Source: a virus. Taken from it: DNA of 64,000 nt. Numbering within the stretch: position 1 is the first letter of the stretch; each line of letters begins with the position of its first letter. The position numbers and the translations under genes are program-made. The notes beneath the pieces are model-generated. The model made no database searches and was not told the origin of the DNA. It saw only the letters and a program-made list of their open reading frames with translations. Below, piece after piece: positions 25,146-35,287 of this stretch. The stretch lies in the IMG/VR virus record IMGVR_UViG_3300005546_000004, positions 1-64,000 of that record. One strand, given 5' to 3'.

Positions 25146-26705
25146 GTGGCCGCCCCGCGGATCGTCCGCGGCTGGGACGAACACGACATCCGGCGGCGCG
25201 AGGCCGTCTTCGATGGCCTGGTCACCAAGGCCGTCCGCATGTCGCTGCGTGCGCTGACGGCCGACCTGCGGCCGATCGTCGCCGCGTACAGGCCGCAGCT
25301 GACGCTCGGCGAATCCGGCACCGTTGCCGCGACGTGGCAGGCCTACGTCGCCGGCGAGCTGTACCCGTACCTGGTCCAGACGTTCGTCGACGCCGCCGGT
25401 GACGTCGCCGAGAACACCGAGGCCGCGACTGGCGCGACGCTGCCGGCCGTCGGCTACTCGTACGCCGCGGACTACCTAGCCTCGGCGACCAATCGACTGT
25501 GGAACCTCGGCGACCAGGTCTGGAACCAGGTCCGTGACCAGCTCGCCGTCGGCTACGACTCCGGCGAGTCGATGACCCAGCTCGCCGCGCGGATCCGGGA
25601 TGTCTCGAACCTGACGGAGGCCAAGGCGCTGGCCGTCGCCCGGACCGAGGTCGCGTCCGCCGCCAACCAGGGCACGCTGTACCAGATGCTGGTCGCCGGC
25701 TTCACCGACCAGGAGTGCGAAAAGGGCTGGCTGGCGACCGAGGACGAACGCACCCGACCGGCGCACGTCGCCGCGGACGGGCAGTGGGTCGGCATCCTGC
25801 AGCCGTTTAACGTTGGTGGCGAGGGCCTGCAGTGCCCCGGCGACCCGACCGGGCGGCCGGACAACATCATCAACTGCCGGTGCACGCTGCAGTTTCGCTT
25901 TCCCGACGACAACGACGAACCGCAAACCGCCGCCGGCCAGCCGCGCGACGCCTACGGTCGCTTCATCCGGGCGTCCGCGGCTCCCGCCGGCCTCGACCAG
26001 TTCCGCTGGGTCGAGGACGAGCACCCGCGCCTACCGGACGGCGAGTTCACCGACAAGTTCGACTGGCTGTCGTTCGCCGACGCCGACAAGATGCACGACG
26101 ACATGCAGCGCGGCAGGCCGTGGAGCGGCGCGCAGTTCGACGCGCTGACCGAGTACTCCCGCAGCGCGTACGCGCCGATCAACATGTACCTACGCGGACA
26201 GACGCACCCGGACGACGACGCATCGGCGCGAACGCTCGCGCACATCGACGACATTCGAGCCGCGATGCGGCCGATGACGCGCGACCTGAAGGTCCAACGC
26301 GGCCTATACGCCGACGCGTTCGAGGGCGTCAAGACCGCCGGCGACCTGGAGAAGATGATCGGCCGCACGTTCGAGGAGCGCGGCTTCCTGTCGACGACGA
26401 TCGATCCGAGGTTCCTGCGACACACGAAGACCGCGCGCACCGATCAGATCGTGACGCTGGAACTGGACGTGCCGGCCGGTACGCCCGCGGCGTACCTAGC
26501 CGCCGGCCAGTCGCACCAGCACCCCGGCCTCGCCGGCGAGCGCGAGCTGCTGCTCGACGCCGGAGCCCGGTTCGTCATCACCGGCGTCGAGGAGCGCACC
26601 GTCGACGGACGCGACCGGTTCATCGTCCTCGCGCGCGTCGTACCGCCACCCGCTAGAACCTGGCGGAAGCTTCACCTGCCGTGGACGAAGGGAGGCTCCG
26701 CGTGA
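25146..26705 (+). CDS. MuF-like head morphogenesis protein fused to a C-terminal R-S-E ADP-ribosyltransferase toxin domain
   Basis: MuF/SPP1-gp7 hallmarks TRPAH and INCRC. C-terminal ART motifs: YSRSAYAPINMYLRG (aromatic-x-IN-xx-LR), FLSTTID (STS), GERELLLDAG (ExE). Confidence 0.8.
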   Translation: MAAPRIVRGWDEHDIRRREAVFDGLVTKAVRMSLRALTADLRPIVAAYRPQLTLGESGTVAATWQAYVAGELYPYLVQTFVDAAGDVAENTEAATGATLPAVGYSYAADYLASATNRLWNLGDQVWNQVRDQLAVGYDSGESMTQLAARIRDVSNLTEAKALAVARTEVASAANQGTLYQMLVAGFTDQECEKGWLATEDERTRPAHVAADGQWVGILQPFNVGGEGLQCPGDPTGRPDNIINCRCTLQFRFPDDNDEPQTAAGQPRDAYGRFIRASAAPAGLDQFRWVEDEHPRLPDGEFTDKFDWLSFADADKMHDDMQRGRPWSGAQFDALTEYSRSAYAPINMYLRGQTHPDDDASARTLAHIDDIRAAMRPMTRDLKVQRGLYADAFEGVKTAGDLEKMIGRTFEERGFLSTTIDPRFLRHTKTARTDQIVTLELDVPAGTPAAYLAAGQSHQHPGLAGERELLLDAGARFVITGVEERTVDGRDRFIVLARVVPPPARTWRKLHLPWTKGGSA

Positions 26706-29700
26706 CCGCGCTGACCGATCCGCGCAACGCGCTGCTCCGCGTCGTCGACGGCGACGGCAAACCGCTGACGGCCGCCAAGCACGCGCACGCTCCGTCCGCC
26801 ACCAAGTGGAAGGAGTGGCTGCACCCGCGCGATCCGATCGGACAGTTCACCCAGAAGGGTGGATCCGGCGCGACGCCCGGCAAGGCGATCAAGATTAACA
26901 CGACGGTCGTCTACAAGACCAGCTACCAGCACGGCCAGGTCGTCGCCGTCCAGAAGACCCCGTTCGGCGCCAGGCGCGAACTGCGCTGGAACGCGCACGA
27001 CGCGATGCCCGGCTCCGGCGTCGCCGGCCGATTCGAGATCTGGAGCGACTACGGCGCGCCCGACCAGGGGATGACGCAGGCGCAGGTCCTCGGTAAGGGC
27101 GGTACGTACTCCAGTTTGAAGAACGACCCGGGCTGGTTCGCGCCGCAGAAGCCGACGATCGTCACGTCCGAGGAATTACCGCACGTCAAGATAACCTCGC
27201 CCGCGGACGACACACTCTACGACGACCTGATCGGAAACTACGACGACGGAACGCCGCAGACCTCGGAGGATGCGATCGCCGCGATCCAGGACATGAATGG
27301 TCCTGAGTTCGCGCAGTTTATGAACGATCACTTCGACGAGCTGCAGGCCGGCGTCTGGGTCGACCTGTCCGACCCGGAGAAGAAGGCCCTCGCCGACAAG
27401 GCCAAGAGCCTGCAGGTCGATCCCGCGGGAAAGGGCTTCTCGCCCGACGATGTCAATGGCTTCGTGTACCTGGAGCCGTTCAATCAGATCTACGAGCTGC
27501 AGCAGGGTAAGACCGCGCTACCTCAGTTCCACGAGATGAACGTGGCTGAGCTCAACGACTGGTTCGACGCGCTGACGGTCGAGGACTACCAGGCGCTCAG
27601 CGTAGACGACCAGGACAAGCTCGCCCAGGTCGCCGACGAGGCGTACGGCACCTACGGCAACGGCCATCCCCTCGATCAACTCAACGAGATCATCGAGCTA
27701 CATAACAAGCACAGCCTACCTAGTGATGATCCTAGTGATTATGACCACCAACAACTGGTCGCTCAAGAGATCGATCACCTCGGTAAGAGTGATTTTCAGA
27801 CGTGGCTCTACGATAACATTTACCCGGAGAGCTGGAACAGCCTACATGTAAGTGCGCAGGAGCACATCGCGGGTAAGGCTGGTGACCTAGATCTAACTCA
27901 CGTGCTCGACGACCTGATCTCGGGCGGCACCGGCATGGTCAGCGACGACGTGCCCCATACCGGCGGCCTCGAAAACCTAAGTAAGGCCGACTTTCAGGAA
28001 TGGATCGACACGTACGTCGACTCGGCGATGTGGCAGACCGGCTTCGACGCGACCACGAAGAAAAAGATCCTCGACACCGCGCTCGGTCACGGCCTCTACG
28101 GTCACCTAACGCAGCTGACCAACGACGTGATACCCGAAACGTCACTCGCCGGTCCGTCCGGTCCTGCGCCGTCCGTCGTCGAAAAACCCGACGTAAAGAA
28201 ACTACAGTTCACCGGCCTGGCGCTCGGAACGCACGGCGCGCAGGTGATGTACCTACGCGGAAGCGCGACGCACGCGGACTACGGTCAAACGTACCTGTTT
28301 AAGCCGACGCCGAAGAGCCTCGACTTTACGGTCGAGGCCGACGTCGCCGTCTCGAAGCTGCAGCAGAAGTTCGGCATCGCGGCGCCCGAGCTGTGGGCCG
28401 TCACGCTGCCCGACGGCACGTACGGCTCGCTGCAGCGCATGATCAAATCCGAGCCGGCGTTTCCCGGAAAGTTCGACGCGAAGAGTCTTACACCTAGCCA
28501 GGTCAACAGCCTGGTCAGGCACCAGGCGTTCGACTGGCTGGTCAGCAACCACGATAGCCACGCCGGCAACTTCATCACCGACTCGGATACCGCCGAACTG
28601 ATCGCCGTCGACAAGACCCAGGCGTTTAAGTTCTTCCCCTACGACCAGCTGTCCAGCACGTACCACCCGAACACCGTCGAGCAGCCGCCCGTCTACAACA
28701 AGCTGTGGCAGGCGTTCGAAAAGGGCGATGTCGACATAGCGCCGCCGCAACACGGCCTCTACGGCATCGGCATGGACCTGCTCGCGATGACGCAGATCTC
28801 CGACGCCGAGCTGCGCGACGTCCTGCGGCCGTACGCCGAGGCCGCCGCGAAGCGCGGCAAGCTCATGACGGTTCACCCGCCCGGCGTCACCGTCGACGCG
28901 CAGGGTCTCCAGGTTCATCCGAACAGCGTCGAGGAGTTCCTCAACCGTGCCGTTAGCCGCAAGAACAGCCTCTTCGAGGACTTCGACAAGTTCTACGTGG
29001 ACGAGCTCGCCAAGCGCAACAAGCACCTCGGCCTACCGCCTGGGACGCCGGGCGCGTCGTCGATCAAGCAGGTCGCGGCGCCGGCGGCGAACGTCGTCGC
29101 GCCGAACCCTCCCAACGGCGGCATCGGCACCAGCGTTCCGATCAAGCTCAACACCAAGACGGTCCACACCGCCAAGTACCAGCACGGCGAGATCGTCGCC
29201 GTCCGCGAGGTCGGCGCCAGCGAAATTCAGCAGCTCTTCTGGGACGAGGGCAAGAAGAAGTTCGGCGTCCGAATCGGCTACGCGGGCGGATCGTGGACGA
29301 ATACGCACTACGCGTCGAAGAAGATCATCTACGACGCCTACAAGGGCGACACGAACTGGCGGGCGCCGCAGCCCGGCTCGACGATTCAGGACGAAAAGTA
29401 CGGACCGAGCTCCGGAACGACGAAGACGTCGCCGTCGACGCAGAAGATTGTCAAGCTGACGGCGAAGGACATTCAAAATCAGTACGGCACTGTACCGACG
29501 CAGTTGCCGGACGACGAAGCCTGGGGTCTAGCCAAGAACGTCAAGAACTACAGTCCCCTGAAGACGGTCAGCCTCACTACCACGTCGCCGACGATCTTTA
29601 AGGCGCTCGCGTGGGCCGTCGCCAAGCACAACCACGACTACCCGAACTCGCCGCAGCTCAACCTGCTGCAGGGCGTCAAGGTGCTCGACGCGAAGTCCGT

Positions 29701-30448
29701 GCCCTACGGCGGTCAAAACGCGGGTCTCTACGAGAAGAAGGTCGTCGACTGGCTGCAGACCGCCTCCGGAAAGAAGAACGGTCAGTCGTTCGTCGAATGG
29801 GCGCAGGCCGAGGTCGCCAAGGGACCGGCGCCCGCGGCGCAGCCGACCGCCGTCGCGTTTAAGAACGCCTACGAGCTCGGAGTGCCGAACTCGAAGGTCA
29901 CTAAGTTCGGCAACATCACGCCGTACGACGCGCAGGCTATGAACGTTGTCATGCGCGCGAAGCACGGCGACTGGACCTCCGAGCAGTTCAGCGCGATCCA
30001 TAGCTACACGGGTGGTGGCTACCACTCGATCAACGGGTCGCTGCGCAAGGGCGCTCCGAACCACTACGCCGCCGTGCTGCAGAGCGCGATGGCGCCCGTC
30101 TCGAGCAGCTTCACCGTGCACCGGGGCACCGACGGCGTCGGCGACCTGATCAAGAACACGATGACCGAGGAGCAGCTGCAGGCGCTGGTCGGTAAGACGA
30201 TTACGGACCCGGCGTTTCTGTCGTCCAGCGTCGGCGGATCGGCGGCGTTTAGCGGGAGAAAGTTTACGCTGCACGTCGACGTCCCGGAGGGTACACCCGG
30301 CGCGTACGTCGCCAACCACAGTTCGGTTGGTCCCGGAGAGCGTGAGTTTCTGCTCGCCGCCGGCCTCAAGTACCGGATAGTTTCGATCGACAAGAACGCG
30401 AGCTCCGTATCGACCAAGTACCGGATACACCTGAAGGTGGTGAACTAA
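26681..30448 (+). CDS. 1255-aa multi-domain virion protein: duplicated YQHG-containing domain, possible kinase-like domain, C-terminal R-S-E ADP-ribosyltransferase
   Basis: Repeats KINTTVVYKTSYQHGQVVAVQK (26891-26957) and KLNTKTVHTAKYQHGEIVAVRE (29141-29210). SNHDSHAGNF...AVDKTQAF (D-x-H-x-x-N catalytic-loop-like motif, about 28540). C-terminal ART motifs YTGGGYHSINGSLR, FLSSSVG, GEREFLL (29940-30445). Confidence 0.7.
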   Translation: MDEGRLRVTALTDPRNALLRVVDGDGKPLTAAKHAHAPSATKWKEWLHPRDPIGQFTQKGGSGATPGKAIKINTTVVYKTSYQHGQVVAVQKTPFGARRELRWNAHDAMPGSGVAGRFEIWSDYGAPDQGMTQAQVLGKGGTYSSLKNDPGWFAPQKPTIVTSEELPHVKITSPADDTLYDDLIGNYDDGTPQTSEDAIAAIQDMNGPEFAQFMNDHFDELQAGVWVDLSDPEKKALADKAKSLQVDPAGKGFSPDDVNGFVYLEPFNQIYELQQGKTALPQFHEMNVAELNDWFDALTVEDYQALSVDDQDKLAQVADEAYGTYGNGHPLDQLNEIIELHNKHSLPSDDPSDYDHQQLVAQEIDHLGKSDFQTWLYDNIYPESWNSLHVSAQEHIAGKAGDLDLTHVLDDLISGGTGMVSDDVPHTGGLENLSKADFQEWIDTYVDSAMWQTGFDATTKKKILDTALGHGLYGHLTQLTNDVIPETSLAGPSGPAPSVVEKPDVKKLQFTGLALGTHGAQVMYLRGSATHADYGQTYLFKPTPKSLDFTVEADVAVSKLQQKFGIAAPELWAVTLPDGTYGSLQRMIKSEPAFPGKFDAKSLTPSQVNSLVRHQAFDWLVSNHDSHAGNFITDSDTAELIAVDKTQAFKFFPYDQLSSTYHPNTVEQPPVYNKLWQAFEKGDVDIAPPQHGLYGIGMDLLAMTQISDAELRDVLRPYAEAAAKRGKLMTVHPPGVTVDAQGLQVHPNSVEEFLNRAVSRKNSLFEDFDKFYVDELAKRNKHLGLPPGTPGASSIKQVAAPAANVVAPNPPNGGIGTSVPIKLNTKTVHTAKYQHGEIVAVREVGASEIQQLFWDEGKKKFGVRIGYAGGSWTNTHYASKKIIYDAYKGDTNWRAPQPGSTIQDEKYGPSSGTTKTSPSTQKIVKLTAKDIQNQYGTVPTQLPDDEAWGLAKNVKNYSPLKTVSLTTTSPTIFKALAWAVAKHNHDYPNSPQLNLLQGVKVLDAKSVPYGGQNAGLYEKKVVDWLQTASGKKNGQSFVEWAQAEVAKGPAPAAQPTAVAFKNAYELGVPNSKVTKFGNITPYDAQAMNVVMRAKHGDWTSEQFSAIHSYTGGGYHSINGSLRKGAPNHYAAVLQSAMAPVSSSFTVHRGTDGVGDLIKNTMTEEQLQALVGKTITDPAFLSSSVGGSAAFSGRKFTLHVDVPEGTPGAYVANHSSVGPGEREFLLAAGLKYRIVSIDKNASSVSTKYRIHLKVVN

Positions 30449-31156
30449 TTGGGGGCGCTGACTGACAACGAGTCGCTCGAGTTCACGGTCGTACCTGACG
30501 GTGAACTGATCGGCTACACCGAGGACGAGGCCTACGCGTTCCTGGCCGGCGTCGGCCCCGAGACGTCGACGACGAAGCTGCCGCCGTTCGTTGCCGCGGC
30601 CGACGGTGCGCGGACCGGCGCGATGATCGGGCTGGTGCCCTCCGAGGCGGATGCGGACCGACTTGCGGTCGACGGCGGCGAGCCTGCGGACGAGCTTCAC
30701 CTGACGCTGCTCTACCTCGGCGATGCGGTGGATGTTTCCGACGAGGCGCGCGCCGCGATCGAGGTCGCTGTACGGCGCTACGCCGGCGAACCGATCACGG
30801 CGGAGGCGTTCTCCGTCAACATGTTCAACCCCAATAGCGACGACGGGGACATGGCGGTCGTCCTCGGCGTCGGCAACGACGGCGGACCTGCGCTGCACCG
30901 GCTGCACACCGACGTCGGCGCAGCGGTCCGTGGGACCGGCGGCTTCGAGCTGCCCGAACAGCACGAACCGTGGGTGCCGCACGTCACCTTGGCGTACACG
31001 GACGACCTGAACCTCGCGGCGACCGTCGTCGACCGCGTCGGACCGATCACGTTCGACCGGATCCGGCTCGCGTTCGCCGACCATGTCGTCGACATTCCGC
31101 TCAGCTCCGCGAGTTCACAGCCCGGTGCTAGCGTTAGCCACGCGGGCGGGAGGTAA
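30449..31156 (+). CDS. 2H phosphoesterase superfamily protein (LigT / CPDase / Acb1-like fold)
   Basis: Two H-x-T-x motifs: HLTLLYLGD (30697) and HVTLAYTDD (30978). TTG start after AAGGTGG. Confidence 0.65.
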   Translation: MGALTDNESLEFTVVPDGELIGYTEDEAYAFLAGVGPETSTTKLPPFVAAADGARTGAMIGLVPSEADADRLAVDGGEPADELHLTLLYLGDAVDVSDEARAAIEVAVRRYAGEPITAEAFSVNMFNPNSDDGDMAVVLGVGNDGGPALHRLHTDVGAAVRGTGGFELPEQHEPWVPHVTLAYTDDLNLAATVVDRVGPITFDRIRLAFADHVVDIPLSSASSQPGASVSHAGGR

Positions 31157-31160
31157 CGCG

Positions 31161-33251
31161 ATGCCCTGGAAGGTTAAGCGACGCGGCGTCAAGTTCTGCG
31201 TCGTAAAGATCGCCGACGGGAGCACCGTGGCGTGTCACGGCTCCGAGGATCAGGCGCAGGCGCAGCTGCGCGCGCTGTACGCCTCCGAACCGGACGCGCG
31301 CGAGCTCGCGCTCGCGGTCGAGTACCAGGCCGCCGTTGACGAGCTCGAGCGCGCCCAGCTGATGGAGCTGGCCCGCGAGGGTGACGTCAACCTGCCCGGC
31401 GCCAGCCACAACCTGCGCGACTACTGGGTGCATGGCGAGGGCGCCGTTAAGATTCGCTGGAACACGGAGGGCGACGGCACGCGCTGCATCAGGCACTTGC
31501 GGAAGTACGTCCGCGACCCGGGCGGCCTGTGTCAGGAGTATCACCGGCTCGCGACCGGTAAGAGTATGCACCCCCACCCGGGTCGGCTGACGGAGGCTGG
31601 AGAGATGAACGAATTCGCCGACAACCCCGACGAGCCGTACGGCGACGTCAAGTACGCCGACCCGGGCTACCAGGCCGACGGCCGCAAGCGCTACCCGATC
31701 GATACGCCCGAGCACATCCGCGCGGCGTGGTCGTACATCAACATGCCGAAGAACTCGGCGAAGTACTCGGCCGACCAGCTTAAGTCGATCAGGAACAAGA
31801 TCAAGAAGGCGCTGACGGGGATCGGCGCCGAGGTCGCGGCCACGGTCACCGTCGTTACCGCCGCGCGCAAACCGAAGCCCGCGCCGACCGCGGACGACGT
31901 TGAGGACTGCGGACCGAATCAGCACCGGATGCCCGACGGCAACTGCACGGACGACGCGGAGATGCCGTCGCGCGAGTACGCCGACGAACCGTGGGAGGGC
32001 GTCCTGACCGTCGAGGGTGTCGAGTCCGGCGACGGACGCATGTTCTCGCTCGGCTCGCTGGACTGGGCGGAGCTGCCGCTGCCGCTGATGTACCAGCCCG
32101 CCAACGTCGGCGGCCACAACGGCTCGGTTATGGTCGGCGAGATCACGCGCGCCGCGCGCCGCGGCAACGAGATCTACGGCTGGGGCCGCGTCTTCGGCCC
32201 GGAGCTCGCCGGAGAGCACGGCGACGGCATCCGGGCGACGATCGAGACCGGCGGGGTCTCCGTCGACGTCGACAAGGTCAAGGACGCCGACGTCGAAATG
32301 GTCTACGCCGACGGCGACGACGGCGGCTTTACGTCCAAGCCCGAGATGACGATCTTCCACCGGGGCCGGGTCCGCGGCGCGACGCTCGTTGCGTTCCCGG
32401 CGTTCGTCGAGGCGAAGCTGCGCTTCACCAACCAGGTAGAAACCGCGTCGTACGCCGCGAGCGACGACACCGAGGGTGCGACTGCCGACTGCGGCTGCGG
32501 CGACGCGCCGCTGACCGCCGCCGGATCGCACACGATCACGCTACCGGACCTGCCGCCGAAGTCGTGGTTCGATAGGCCGAGCGACGTCAAGATACACGGC
32601 GCGCTGACGATCACCGACGAGGGACGCGTCTACGGCCGCCTGGCGCCGGCCGGAGTCACGCACCGCAATCGGCCGCGGCGCGTACCGATGGGCAACGTCG
32701 ACTACTCGAACTGGATGAAGGGCGAGACCATCGTCGAGGGAGGCGAACGCGTCGTCACCGGCGTCATCACCGGCGACTGCGGACACGCCGACGAGCAGAA
32801 CTACGGGACGCTCGCCAACCGCAAGAAGCACTACGACAACTCGTGCTCCGTCTTCGCCAACGTCTGCATCGGCGAGGACGCCGACGGCGTCTGGGTCGCC
32901 GGCGCGCTGCGGCACGGCGTCACCGGCGAGCAGGTCGCGACCGCGCTCGGCTGCAGCCTGTCCGGCGACTGGCAGCCGCACCAGGATCGCCCCGGCGTCA
33001 ACGAGTTCATCGCGGCGCTGCTCGTACCGGTACCCGGCTTCCCAATGGCCCGGACGCAGCCGTCCGTCACCTACAACGACGGCCTGGTCACGGCGTCGGC
33101 CGTGCCGATCCGGTTCGGCCTACCCGAACCGCCGTCGATCGAGGAGCAGGCCCGCCAGGCGCTGCGCACCGCCAAGGCGACGCTGCTGACGCGCGTCGGC
33201 ATGGATCCGTACAGTCGAAAGCGAGAGATCATGTCCCAGGTAGGAGGCTAA
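31161..33251 (+). CDS. Putative capsid maturation protease / scaffold-region protein
   Basis: ATG after GGGAGG. About 696 aa. Position between MuF/ejection proteins and the major capsid protein. Acidic, coiled-coil-prone segments. Confidence 0.5.
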   Translation: MPWKVKRRGVKFCVVKIADGSTVACHGSEDQAQAQLRALYASEPDARELALAVEYQAAVDELERAQLMELAREGDVNLPGASHNLRDYWVHGEGAVKIRWNTEGDGTRCIRHLRKYVRDPGGLCQEYHRLATGKSMHPHPGRLTEAGEMNEFADNPDEPYGDVKYADPGYQADGRKRYPIDTPEHIRAAWSYINMPKNSAKYSADQLKSIRNKIKKALTGIGAEVAATVTVVTAARKPKPAPTADDVEDCGPNQHRMPDGNCTDDAEMPSREYADEPWEGVLTVEGVESGDGRMFSLGSLDWAELPLPLMYQPANVGGHNGSVMVGEITRAARRGNEIYGWGRVFGPELAGEHGDGIRATIETGGVSVDVDKVKDADVEMVYADGDDGGFTSKPEMTIFHRGRVRGATLVAFPAFVEAKLRFTNQVETASYAASDDTEGATADCGCGDAPLTAAGSHTITLPDLPPKSWFDRPSDVKIHGALTITDEGRVYGRLAPAGVTHRNRPRRVPMGNVDYSNWMKGETIVEGGERVVTGVITGDCGHADEQNYGTLANRKKHYDNSCSVFANVCIGEDADGVWVAGALRHGVTGEQVATALGCSLSGDWQPHQDRPGVNEFIAALLVPVPGFPMARTQPSVTYNDGLVTASAVPIRFGLPEPPSIEEQARQALRTAKATLLTRVGMDPYSRKREIMSQVGG

Positions 33252-33252
33252 C

Positions 33253-33420
33253 GTGTGCGCGTGCGGACACAAGCGACCCGAGGTCGTTACCACCGTTCAG
33301 GCCGAGCAGGAGTTCGCGGATCGGGCGGCGCTGGTCGCCGAGCTCGAGCGCCAGGCCGTCCGCGAGGCCGAGGTCTACGCCCGATCGGCCGCCAACGCCG
33401 TCGGCAACGCGAACTCGTAG
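33253..33420 (+). CDS. small hypothetical protein
   Basis: GTG after strong GTAGGAGG. 55 codons; high coding-like composition. Confidence 0.4.
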   Translation: MCACGHKRPEVVTTVQAEQEFADRAALVAELERQAVREAEVYARSAANAVGNANS

Positions 33421-33537
33421 CGGACGCCGACGCGGTTCACGGCACCGAGTCATTTGCATCGCGACTCGGTGCCGTGTAGTATCTCGATCTAGACGGGCCA
33501 GGTCTGCTTACTTCACGGTACCCACGAGAGGGTTATC

Positions 33538-35238
33538 ATGGCGGACAAGCCCGAGTTCGAGCTGAGCCTCCCCGAGGACATCACGACCCTCGGCGTGGAG
33601 GACCTGGACAAGTTCGTAGTCGCCGCGCGTAAGCGCGTCCGGCAGCTGTACGACAGCGAAACCGTCGAGCTGTCGGCCCAGACGGCCGAGGCCGACGAGA
33701 TGGCCGAGCTCGCCGACGCGATCGAGAAGGTCAAGCTCGAGAAGGCGCGCCGCGACAACGTCGCCGCCGCCAACACCGACAAGCGCGCCAAGGCCAAGGC
33801 CGCGCTCGAACTCGCCGATGAACCGGACGGCGCCGACGCCGACGTCGACGCGGCGGACGACGTCGACGACGAACCGATCGCCGCGTCCGGCAGACCGAAC
33901 GGCGGCGCTAAGACGCGTCCGCGCAGCGAAACGGCCAACTTTCGCAACCCGTCGCTCGCCGACGCGCAGCGCCAGGCCGCGCAGCCGCCCGCGCCGCGCC
34001 GCGACAGCGTCCTAACGGCGTCGGCCGACATCCCGAACATCGCGGCCGGCTCCAAGCTCGACGACATGGACGCGCTGGTCGGCGCGATGACGTCCCGCGC
34101 CCGCATGCTGCCGATCGGCGCCAAGGGTGACGATGCGCAGCGCTATCCGATCGCATCGCTGGTACGCGACTTCCGGTACACGCTCGGCCTCGACTCGACG
34201 CCCGCTCAGGTCAACGAGGTCCTGACCGCCGCGACCAACCCGGAGATCCTAACCGCGGCCGGCGGCTGGTGCTCCCCGTCGGAGATCTCGTACGACTTCT
34301 ACAACATCGTCTGCGAGGACGGCACGCTCGACCTGCCGACCGTCGGCATCAACCGCGGCGGCATTCGGTGGCCCACCTCGCCGAGCTTCGCCGACGTCGT
34401 CCTCGGCGGTGCCCTGTGGTCCTGGAACGAGACGCAGGACATCGCGGCCGTCACCGGCACCGCGCAGTCCGGCACTAAGACCTGCGGCCGCGTCCCGTGC
34501 CCCGCCTTCAATGAGGCCCGCCTACACTGCGACGGTATCTGCCTGACAGTCGGCAACCTGACCGAGGACGCCTACCCCGAGGTCATCGCCAACCACACCA
34601 AGCTCGTCATGGCGTCGCACTACCACAAGCTCAACCGGGCGCGCATCAACGAGGTCCGCACCTTGTCCGCGGCGTTCACCGTCACCAACGGCAGCGCCGG
34701 CGCCGGCGTCGTCGCCAATGTCCTCGGCGCGCTCGAGCTGCAGGCCACGGACTACCGTGAGAAGTACGCCATGTGCAAGGATGCCGTCCTCGAGGTCGTC
34801 GCGCCGCGCTGGCTGCGCGGGCCAATGCGCTCCGACTTGCGCCGGCGCATGGGCTCGCCGACGGACCAGCTGTCTGCCAGCGACGCGATGCTCATGGCGC
34901 TGTTCGACTCGATCAACGTCCGCATCCAGTGGGTCAACGACTACCAGGTCCGCACGACCGGCTTCCCCGGCGTACCCGGCACGCTGCCGACGGCGTGGCC
35001 GCTGACCGTCGAGTTCATGATGTGGGCGCCCGGCACCGTCGTCATGGGCCAGGGCCTACGCCTCGACCTCGGCATCATCCGCGACTCGGTGCTCAACGCG
35101 ACCAACGACCACACCGCCACTTGGATGGAGGAGTGCTGGTTGATCTTCCAGCCGGGGCACGAGGTCCGACGGCTCACCGTCAACATCTGTCCCGACGGCA
35201 CGACCGGCGCGGCCGACCTGACCGAGTGCGGCGTCTAA
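33538..35238 (+). CDS. Major capsid protein (HK97 fold) with N-terminal scaffold-like (delta-type) domain
   Basis: 566 aa. N-terminal charged/coiled region (ADKPEFELSLPEDI...EKVKLEKARRD) then capsid core. Position after protease; highest expression-type codon bias. Confidence 0.75.
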   Translation: MADKPEFELSLPEDITTLGVEDLDKFVVAARKRVRQLYDSETVELSAQTAEADEMAELADAIEKVKLEKARRDNVAAANTDKRAKAKAALELADEPDGADADVDAADDVDDEPIAASGRPNGGAKTRPRSETANFRNPSLADAQRQAAQPPAPRRDSVLTASADIPNIAAGSKLDDMDALVGAMTSRARMLPIGAKGDDAQRYPIASLVRDFRYTLGLDSTPAQVNEVLTAATNPEILTAAGGWCSPSEISYDFYNIVCEDGTLDLPTVGINRGGIRWPTSPSFADVVLGGALWSWNETQDIAAVTGTAQSGTKTCGRVPCPAFNEARLHCDGICLTVGNLTEDAYPEVIANHTKLVMASHYHKLNRARINEVRTLSAAFTVTNGSAGAGVVANVLGALELQATDYREKYAMCKDAVLEVVAPRWLRGPMRSDLRRRMGSPTDQLSASDAMLMALFDSINVRIQWVNDYQVRTTGFPGVPGTLPTAWPLTVEFMMWAPGTVVMGQGLRLDLGIIRDSVLNATNDHTATWMEECWLIFQPGHEVRRLTVNICPDGTTGAADLTECGV

Positions 35239-35287
35239 GCCTTGCCGATCACACAGAACGACGTCGACGCTGGAGAGGAGGTCTTAG

